Below, in pieces: positions 19,096-25,739 of a stretch of 56,801 nucleotides of DNA. Under the pieces are notes generated by a model that ran no database searches, was not told where the DNA came from, and saw only the letters and a list, made by a program, of their open reading frames with translations. The stretch's first letter is position 1. Each line of letters starts with the position of its first letter. The stretch is from assembly GCA_949065595.1 (NCBI GenBank), contig CARSXK010000004.1:1-56801 (forward strand). Direction: 5' to 3'. A program made the translations under genes and the position numbers. The DNA comes from an uncultured Bacilli bacterium (GTDB lineage: Bacteria; Bacillota_I; Bacilli_A; RF39; UBA660).

Positions 19096-20868
19096 ATGGA
19101 ATTAACCAATCCTATTATAAAAAAAATAGAGGACAATGAATTTAGTTTAAGCCAATTTGAAGAACAAATAAATGCCTGTAAAGATAAAAATGAAAAAATG
19201 ATTATACGGGATTATCCAACTGTATATATTCATACATGGGAAAATAAGGGTATTTATGAGGTTTATGTTGGAGAAACAAATGATATTTTTAGAAGAACAA
19301 GACAGCATTATGAGGATAGCCGATTTGCAGAAAACTGGCAATATAATTTAAAGTTAAGTGATAATAGTTTATATGTGATAGGCCATGAGCATTTTAATAA
19401 GTCATTAACTTTGGATATTGAAAATAAATTAAGAGATTATTTAACGGGTGTTGATAGTGTTAGGAGAGTTCATAATATAAAGGCAAATCCACAAAATCAG
19501 TATTATCCAGCAAATGAATTTGATCAAATATTTCATAAAATATGGAAAAATTTAACAAAATATAATAATAAATTATTTCCTTTAGAGAGTGAAGTAATTA
19601 ATTCTGCAATTTTTAAAGCCTCACCATTACATAAACTAACCAGAGATCAACAAAGGGCAAAGGAATTAATAATAAGTAAAATTATAGAGGCATCAATCAC
19701 TAGAAAAAGTGGAAAATTAATATTTGTAGAGGGTGGAACAGGAACTGGTAAAACAGTATTAAATAGTAGTACTTTTTACGAATTATGTTGTATGAATGAG
19801 ACATCTATTGAGGATGATTCTAAACCAAAAATTAAAGAATTAAAATGTTGTTTAATTGTTAATCACAAGGAACAAGAAAATCTTTATAGACAAATATTCA
19901 AAAAATTTGGTATTGAGGATAATACTTTATATTCCCCAATTAAGTTTATTAATAAGCATGACATTAATAGCCCTATTGATGTTGCATTCATAGATGAGGC
20001 ACATTTATTGTTAACGCAGGGTAAGCAATCTTATAAAGGTAAGAATCAGTTGCAGGATATTATGAACCGTGCACGGGTAACTGTTGTAATGTTTGATATG
20101 AGTCAAATTTTGACTGTTGAACAATATTGGGAATATGAACTTTTAGAAAAATATAAAAATATGGCAAGAGAAAATAATAATTATATTGTTCTTACAGAAC
20201 AATTAAGAATTCAAGCGAACAAAGATGTTATTCAATGGATTGAGAACTTTACGAAAAATGGTATTGTTACTAAACTTCCAAATAATTTAGAAAACTATGA
20301 TATTAAGGTATTCGATACACCAAAGCTTTTAGAAGATATGATAAAGCAGAAAGCAAAGGATAAAAATTCGAAATTGTCTAGATTAGTGGCTACATATGAT
20401 TGGAAATATAGTTCCTTGTATACAAATAATGAACAATATTGGGAAGTAACTATAGGTAAATGGCATAAACCATGGAATTATGAAATGGCCAGAAAATTTA
20501 ACAGGAATGAGAAAAAGAAAATTAAGGACAAAGCTTGGGATGAACAAGAACATACTATTGATGAGATAGGATCAACATTTACAATTCAGGGCTTTGATTT
20601 AAATTATGTTGGTGTGATTATAGGACCATCGGTAAAATATAGAAATAATCGGATTGTTTATTGTCCTGAGTTTAGCTGGAATCGCAGGGCAGTTATAAAA
20701 AGAAGGATGTCTGATGGTACCTATAAAGAATTCGGGGAACAATTAATAAAAAATCAATTAAGAGTATTAATGACTAGAGGTGTCAATGGTCTATATATTT
20801 ATGCATGTGACGAAGAATTAAGAGAACATTTAAAAAAATGTGTTGAAAAAAGATACATATATAAATAG
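19096..20868 (+). CDS. GIY-YIG nuclease domain fused to a DUF2075 (Schlafen-group-3-helicase-like) P-loop ATPase
   Basis: N-terminal 'KGIYEVYVGETNDIFRRTRQH' (GIY...YVG...R), Walker A 'GGTGTGKT', Walker B 'VAFIDEAH', C-terminal 'LRVLMTRGVNGLYIY'. ATG 19096 follows AAGGAG, 19 nt after the MazG-like stop. Confidence 0.65.
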   Translation: MELTNPIIKKIEDNEFSLSQFEEQINACKDKNEKMIIRDYPTVYIHTWENKGIYEVYVGETNDIFRRTRQHYEDSRFAENWQYNLKLSDNSLYVIGHEHFNKSLTLDIENKLRDYLTGVDSVRRVHNIKANPQNQYYPANEFDQIFHKIWKNLTKYNNKLFPLESEVINSAIFKASPLHKLTRDQQRAKELIISKIIEASITRKSGKLIFVEGGTGTGKTVLNSSTFYELCCMNETSIEDDSKPKIKELKCCLIVNHKEQENLYRQIFKKFGIEDNTLYSPIKFINKHDINSPIDVAFIDEAHLLLTQGKQSYKGKNQLQDIMNRARVTVVMFDMSQILTVEQYWEYELLEKYKNMARENNNYIVLTEQLRIQANKDVIQWIENFTKNGIVTKLPNNLENYDIKVFDTPKLLEDMIKQKAKDKNSKLSRLVATYDWKYSSLYTNNEQYWEVTIGKWHKPWNYEMARKFNRNEKKKIKDKAWDEQEHTIDEIGSTFTIQGFDLNYVGVIIGPSVKYRNNRIVYCPEFSWNRRAVIKRRMSDGTYKEFGEQLIKNQLRVLMTRGVNGLYIYACDEELREHLKKCVEKRYIYK

Positions 20869-20997
20869 AATTTATTATCAAAATTATAATTTATGGCAAT
20901 AAAATGAAATAGAACTTCAAATGTAGCTTAAAATAGTGTTTTTTCTTTTTGTCTCCAAACTGGGCAGCTTACATATAATGATTTAGGAGGAGATTAT

Positions 20998-21039
20998 ATG
21001 AATAATTTTCAAGTCGTTGTAGATGCTGGACATGGCTGA
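20998..21039 (+). pseudogene. 5' fragment (13 codons, MNNFQVVVDAGHG*) of the split N-acetylmuramoyl-L-alanine amidase gene
   Basis: A TATAAT box (20974..20979) and AGGAGG SD precede the ATG. The frame is cut inside the Amidase_3 'DAGHGG' motif by the element. Confidence 0.8.
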
Positions 21040-21054
21040 TACAGTTATGCCAAG
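21037..21054. repeat. left terminal inverted repeat arm (TGATACAGTTATGCCAAG)
   Basis: 14/18 match to the reverse complement of 30486..30503. Confidence 0.7.
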
Positions 21055-21094
21055 ACAAGTGAGAAGGCATGTTAGGGCAGATAATACAAGGAAT

Positions 21095-21118
21095 GATACA
21101 CATTGTATCGTTTTTTTT
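21095..21118 (+). terminator. intrinsic terminator just inside the left end
   Basis: GATACA-CAT-TGTATC stem-loop, then G and T8. It would block read-through from the amidase promoter. Confidence 0.6.
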
Positions 21119-21189
21119 ATTTTGTCAAGGTAAAGGTCTTACCATGAGTTTATTTGCAATTCGTGTCTATAATAGTGTCATGAAAGGAG
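21113..21189 (+). promoter_or_regulatory. repeated ~77-nt regulatory module, copy A
   Basis: About 87% identical to 25092..25168. Contains TTGTCAA, dyad GGTAA-N5-TTACC, TATAAT and SD GAAAGGAG. Confidence 0.6.
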
Positions 21190-21196
21190 CAAAAAA

Positions 21197-21445
21197 ATGT
21201 TTAATATGGGTATTGATTGGGACAATGAAATTAAATTTATTTGTAGTGTTGATTGGGACGATATAGTTAATTTACATAATATAAGAAAAGGGTTGAAAAA
21301 GGGAGAGTTTACCGAAATACAAATTGAAGAAAGACCTTGCGTTTTAATTAGTAAGCATAACATTTTATGTAATAAAACACTTTTAGAATGCGTATGGGAA
21401 CATGATGATATATTATTTATAAAAATGAAAAAAACGGTTGATTAG
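21197..21445 (+). CDS. hypothetical protein (82 aa)
   Basis: ATG 8 nt after GAAAGGAG of module A. No recognisable motif. Confidence 0.45.
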   Translation: MFNMGIDWDNEIKFICSVDWDDIVNLHNIRKGLKKGEFTEIQIEERPCVLISKHNILCNKTLLECVWEHDDILFIKMKKTVD

Positions 21446-21645
21446 CCGTTTTCTTTTTGTATTTTATCTTTTAATTTTAAGTTATCTAGGGCATATCTTA
21501 TACATTGGTTTATCAATTCATTTCTACTAATATCAATTTCATTTGCTAGTTTGTCAATTTCTTCTAGCATAGTGTTATCTATACGAATTGTTGCAACAAC
21601 TTTTTCAATAGAAGTCGGTTTTTTATAAGGTTCAAATTCTTTCAT
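21442..21645 (-). CDS. ribbon-helix-helix (CopG/Arc-like) DNA-binding protein
   Basis: Beta-strand 'VVATIRIDNTML' followed by two helices, 'EEIDKLANEIDISRNELINQCIRYALDNL'. Confidence 0.65.
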   Translation of the reverse strand: MKEFEPYKKPTSIEKVVATIRIDNTMLEEIDKLANEIDISRNELINQCIRYALDNLKLKDKIQKENG

Positions 21646-21761
21646 AATTTCACGCCCTTTCTATATATATTTTAATGCTTTTTTGTCTTTGATAATATAC
21701 TTAATATGCGAAGTTAAAATACATCATATAATGTAATCTATGATAAAATACAAAAATGTAA

Positions 21762-21790
21762 TTGACACAATTTGATAATAGTAGTAGAAT
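21762..21790 (+). promoter_or_regulatory. sigma-A promoter TTGACA-17-TAGAAT
   Basis: Consensus -35, 17-nt spacer, good -10. Lies upstream of the surface-protein gene. Confidence 0.55.
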
Positions 21791-21872
21791 GAAATTGTCG
21801 GTAAGAAGTACCATGTCCGACATTGCAGTAATGTTGGTGGCAGTATGCAGTTATGCCAACATATGCATTATC

Positions 21873-21906
21873 GGAACACAAGGAAGTTTATCGTGTTCCA
21901 TTTTTT
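21873..21906 (+). terminator. leader terminator/attenuator upstream of the surface-protein gene
   Basis: GGAACAC/GTGTTCC stem followed by A and T6, 70 nt before ATG 21976. Confidence 0.55.
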
Positions 21907-21975
21907 AAATAATAATGTTTAAAGGACATTTATTATAGATAAAATTTTAATATGTTAGAAAGGAAAGATAAAAAA

Positions 21976-23250
21976 ATGAAAAAAACAAGTAAAATTTTAT
22001 TATCAGCATTAGCAGTATCTAGTATGTTCTTTACTATGACAGTTAATGCAGAAGAACTAACACCAAGTGAAAATCAAGAGCCAGTACAAGTAACTAGAAT
22101 GGGGGCAGAGACTTTTGATGCCATAACAAAGGAAAAATTTGATAGTATTGTCCCAAATACTATTGAAATTACTAAAACTAAAACAGAATTTTCTAATGCA
22201 GTTGTCAAAGATAATGGAAGTCTAAACGAGGATTTAACTAAAATAATAGAAGAAATTAATACAGAGATAGAAACAGAAATAATATCTTTATTTGAAAATT
22301 CAGGATATATGGATACAGAAGAGATAGAAAAAGAAGCAATAAAAGCACAATTTAATGACCCTTTTTACGATTTGTATTCAGTAACAGTTTCATTAAATAT
22401 AGATGGGAAAACAAAATATTCAAAAGATATAACAATTAAATATGCAAAAGAAAGTAATTATAGTGCAACTGATGAAACTTATGTAAAAAATGCCGTTAAC
22501 AGTATTAAATTTGCAAAATATGGCAATAGCGATTGGGGAATTGAAGAAAGTGATGCTGTATTTACAATGTATAACATAGGCGATGAAGAAAGTACTAAGA
22601 ATTGGGGGTATGAGAATTATGATTTTAATACCTTAATCAATGATAATTCTATAACTATTAAAACTTCAGTGTTTGCAGGTGGTTTTGGTGGTGGTACTCC
22701 TTGGGGTACTCCTGTATTATTACATTTTTATAAAAATGGTGTATTATATGAAACAAAGTCAATTTGGTATTTAGGTGCTTATGGAATAACACTAGAAAAT
22801 GGAACACCTGTTAATATGGCAAGATTAGAACAAGACGACGAAATTTACAAAGCAATGGCAAAAGAATTAGAAAGTAAAGGCTTTACAAATGTTCTAGGTT
22901 GTTATGAGTTGACGGCTTATGGAACAACTTATGACAATATGAGAGTATCATTTAATCTAGGAACTAACTATAATGGTAAAGAAGTGCAAATATTACATAA
23001 AAAGAAAGACAATACTTATGAAATATTTAAAACAACAGTAGCAGACGGAAAAGCAGAAATAACAGTTAATGAGTTTTCACCATTCATGATTGCTTTAACT
23101 GAAAACACTACTACTGAAAATGTAAATAAAGCACCTAACAATGCTCAAACTTCTTCAATGAATATTGTATTATATTCTATATTGGCTCTTGGCTCTCTAG
23201 TGGGAATTACTTATATATTAGTTAGCAATAAGAAAAAGGAAATAGCCTAG
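21976..23250 (+). CDS. secreted surface protein with class-B-sortase-type sorting signal (NAQTS + TM helix + KKKE tail)
   Basis: Signal peptide 'MKKTSKILLSALAVSSMFFTMTVNA'. C-terminus 'APNNAQTSSMNIVLYSILALGSLVGITYILVSNKKKEIA'. ATG 21976 follows AAAGGAAAG. Confidence 0.7.
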   Translation: MKKTSKILLSALAVSSMFFTMTVNAEELTPSENQEPVQVTRMGAETFDAITKEKFDSIVPNTIEITKTKTEFSNAVVKDNGSLNEDLTKIIEEINTEIETEIISLFENSGYMDTEEIEKEAIKAQFNDPFYDLYSVTVSLNIDGKTKYSKDITIKYAKESNYSATDETYVKNAVNSIKFAKYGNSDWGIEESDAVFTMYNIGDEESTKNWGYENYDFNTLINDNSITIKTSVFAGGFGGGTPWGTPVLLHFYKNGVLYETKSIWYLGAYGITLENGTPVNMARLEQDDEIYKAMAKELESKGFTNVLGCYELTAYGTTYDNMRVSFNLGTNYNGKEVQILHKKKDNTYEIFKTTVADGKAEITVNEFSPFMIALTENTTTENVNKAPNNAQTSSMNIVLYSILALGSLVGITYILVSNKKKEIA

Positions 23251-23276
23251 TTGCTATTTCTTTCTATTTTAGGACT

Positions 23277-24023
23277 ATGAAAAGAAAAATTAAAGTAAAA
23301 AATATTATATTGATTTTATTTATAGTAGTGTTCTTATTCTCTACTACTCAAATTGTGTTATTCTTATTTGATTCACACAAAAATAAAAAGGAAACAAAAG
23401 AACTTATACAAGATGTTATCAATATAGAAATAGAAGAAGAAAAAGAAGTTTTTAAAATTGATTTTGATAAGTTATTATCTATTAATAGTGATACTGTTGG
23501 TTGGGTACGATTTAATAGTGATAAGGTAAATAACCCTATTGTACATACAAGTGATAATTCGTATTATTTAAAAAGGTCTTTTGATAAATCATATAATCAA
23601 GCAGGAGCAATATTCATGGACTACAGAAATACATCTTTTAATGATAAAAATGTTGTATTATTCGGTCATGCTATGCTAGATGACACAATGTTTGGCTCAC
23701 TACAAGACATATTTAAAAATGGTTTCTTTGATACGAAAGAAAATAACTATATTCAAATATACAATAAAGACAATGAACTTCTAACCTATCAAATATTTAG
23801 TTATTATATTATTGAAAAGGAAGAATATTATATAACTACTTCATTTAATAGTGATAGTGATTTCAATAAATTTATTGATACCATTACAAGAAGAAGTTAT
23901 AAAAAATTTGATGTTGAAGTAAATACAAGTGATAAAATACTTACACTCTCTACTTGTTCGGGTACGGGTGGAACATCTAAAAGAAAGGTTGTACACGCAA
24001 AAAGAGTTGAAAATTTAGAATAG
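23277..24023 (+). CDS. srtB: class B sortase
   Basis: N-terminal TM anchor, 'VGWVRF...NPIVHTSDNSYYL', 'VLFGHAM', catalytic 'LTLSTCS'. Confidence 0.85.
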   Translation: MKRKIKVKNIILILFIVVFLFSTTQIVLFLFDSHKNKKETKELIQDVINIEIEEEKEVFKIDFDKLLSINSDTVGWVRFNSDKVNNPIVHTSDNSYYLKRSFDKSYNQAGAIFMDYRNTSFNDKNVVLFGHAMLDDTMFGSLQDIFKNGFFDTKENNYIQIYNKDNELLTYQIFSYYIIEKEEYYITTSFNSDSDFNKFIDTITRRSYKKFDVEVNTSDKILTLSTCSGTGGTSKRKVVHAKRVENLE

Positions 24024-24130
24024 TCTATAAAATAATTTTGGGACAAATAATTGTGATCCAAAATTATTTTTTGTTTTAATATATATAATAATGGTAAAAA
24101 ATGGTATAATTGTCGTAGGAGGAATGCTTT

Positions 24131-24592
24131 ATGAATAATGAAATAGAATTTATTTGTCAAAAATGTGGAAAAAATTTTTATAAATCAAATGAGGAAAAAG
24201 TAATAAAATGCCCCTTTTGTCATGCTAAAGATACTTTTATGTCATTAAGTCAAAAAGACTTTGAAAATATTATGGAAGTGGAAAATCTAAAAATTACTTG
24301 TGATAATTGCTTGGCTAATTTTAACGGAGAACAATTGATAACTAATGATTTTAAATGCCCAACATGTAATAAAAAGTATAGTGAAGATAGTGTATACAAT
24401 TCAATAAAAAAGATAGAAAAAAGATATGCATGTAATACATGCAATTGTAAATTTTCAACGGAAGTATTTTTTGCATATAATGGTTCTTGTCCTAATTGTC
24501 ATGATAATTTAATGTCTATTGAACAATGGGAAGATTATAAAGCAGTTGAATTAGACGGAAAAATACCTGATGAAGATTGGCAAAATTTGTAA
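24131..24592 (+). CDS. protein with three tandem CxxC...CxxC zinc-ribbon units
   Basis: 'CQKCG..KCPFC', 'CDNC..KCPTC' and 'CNTCN..CPNC'. TGGTATAAT extended -10 and AGGAGG lie upstream. Confidence 0.6.
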   Translation: MNNEIEFICQKCGKNFYKSNEEKVIKCPFCHAKDTFMSLSQKDFENIMEVENLKITCDNCLANFNGEQLITNDFKCPTCNKKYSEDSVYNSIKKIEKRYACNTCNCKFSTEVFFAYNGSCPNCHDNLMSIEQWEDYKAVELDGKIPDEDWQNL

Positions 24593-24616
24593 TATAGTGC
24601 TGAATAGAGGTTAATT

Positions 24617-25048
24617 ATGAAAAATGAAGAATTAGAAGAATTAGTATGTAGATTTGAAGATAATTTTGGTATAGACGGAAAGTTAGAGAAAAACTTTTCT
24701 GAAAAATTTAAAATACTACTAGAAGAAAAAGAAATTGAAGTAGACGAATTTATGGAAGAAACGGGGTTAAGCGATGAAATATTTGGTAATTATTGCAAAG
24801 GGAAAAGTGACCCAAGTTTAAGAAGTATAACCGCATTTTGTCATGCTTTTGAATTTGATAGAAATGCTTTTGATAGTTTATTAAAAGCGGGAGGCTTCAC
24901 AGTTAATTATCGAAAGAAAAGAGATTGTGCATATGCTTTTTTGATAACTGATTGTGCTGATTTGAGCATTGAAGATTGTAATAAAATTTTAAAAAAGATA
25001 GGGTTGGAAGAACACGAATTATTGCCAATACCTAAAAAATTAAAATAA
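24617..25048 (+). CDS. XRE-like helix-turn-helix protein
   Basis: 'FKILLEEKEIEVDEFMEETGLSDEIFGNYCKGKSDPSLRSITAFCHAF' has an HTH_3-like pattern. Confidence 0.5.
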   Translation: MKNEELEELVCRFEDNFGIDGKLEKNFSEKFKILLEEKEIEVDEFMEETGLSDEIFGNYCKGKSDPSLRSITAFCHAFEFDRNAFDSLLKAGGFTVNYRKKRDCAYAFLITDCADLSIEDCNKILKKIGLEEHELLPIPKKLK

Positions 25049-25091
25049 TATATATCGTTGTTTTATAAGGTCATAACTTAATAATTATGGC

Positions 25092-25168
25092 TTTTTTATT
25101 TTGTCAAGGTAAAGGCTTTACCGTGAGTTGATTTGCAAGTTGTGGTTATAATGGTGTCACGAAAGGAG
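25092..25168 (+). promoter_or_regulatory. repeated ~77-nt regulatory module, copy B
   Basis: Paralog of 21113..21189. The dyad here is GGTAAAG-G-CTTTACC. Confidence 0.6.
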
Positions 25169-25178
25169 GAAAGAGGCA

Positions 25179-25535
25179 TTGAAAACAAGTGATATTGTTA
25201 TTGATGTCATCAAAACTATTGGTAAAGCACCTTATCTTGCATGTAGTTGCGACCCAATTTATGAATATGATGAACATAATAACAAAACTGACAATGTAAT
25301 TGGACATAAAGTTGAAATCTTGTTGCCACACATGAAATATGCTAAATTTGGTGTTAAAGTTGATAATACAACAAACCCACTACCAACTATTGAAGATGTT
25401 GTAGAAGTTGACTTTAACAACTTAATGATTGGCATTTATGTTGACCGTGCAGGAAGAATACAACCTTATGGGAAAGCTGATAGTGTTCGTATTGCTGATA
25501 AACAAAATATCAAAATGAATGCAAAGGCTGAATAA
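25179..25535 (+). CDS. hypothetical protein, possibly DUF961/HelP-like OB-fold accessory factor
   Basis: TTG start behind GAAAGGAGG. Its size and position, directly upstream of the Rep and coupling-protein genes, resemble ICEBs1 helP and Tn916 orf22/23. The sequence resemblance is only loose. Confidence 0.35.
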   Translation: MKTSDIVIDVIKTIGKAPYLACSCDPIYEYDEHNNKTDNVIGHKVEILLPHMKYAKFGVKVDNTTNPLPTIEDVVEVDFNNLMIGIYVDRAGRIQPYGKADSVRIADKQNIKMNAKAE

Positions 25536-25553
25536 TTACTAAAATTTATTATT

Positions 25554-25602
25554 GCTACATGCTACATGCTACACAATAAGTGGTAATACTAGCACTTATT
25601 GT
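25554..25602 (+). promoter_or_regulatory. candidate Rep origin (ori/oriT): 3 x 7-nt iterons plus stem-loop with a nonanucleotide-like loop
   Basis: GCTACAT GCTACAT GCTACAC (25554..25574) overlap a 10-bp perfect stem, ACAATAAGTG/CACTTATTGT (25573..25602), with loop GTAATACTAG. Confidence 0.6.
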
Positions 25603-25606
25603 TGGT

Positions 25607-25641
25607 GCGGAGGCAATCGTGGCTATCGCCACTTGCCCCGC
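25607..25641 (+). other. GC-rich nested hairpin (possible sso or accessory origin structure)
   Basis: GCGG-A-GGCAA pairs with TTGCCCCGC, enclosing GTGGC-TATC-GCCAC. It stands out in an AT-rich context. Confidence 0.45.
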
Positions 25642-25739
25642 AATGTACATGTATTATCTAGTATGTGTAATCGCATTAGTTCTTTGAAAATTTAATTATA
25701 TTTAATATTTGCTATAACAAACTTATTGGAGGTGTATAC

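Noticed and set aside
21154-21173. TTGCAA and TATAAT in the repeated cassette, considered as a canonical sigma-A -35/-10 pair.
   Set aside because: The two hexamers are only 8 nt apart, so they cannot be one promoter. At the correct -35 distance the sequence is TGAGTT, a poor match. I therefore report the cassette as regulatory and do not claim a defined promoter.
21069-21266. 65-aa plus-strand ORF (and minus-strand ORF 21178..21363) at the left end of the element.
   Set aside because: They run across a terminator, the repeated regulatory cassette, and the SD/start of the 21197 ORF. They are hydrophobic low-complexity translations of AT-rich regulatory DNA.
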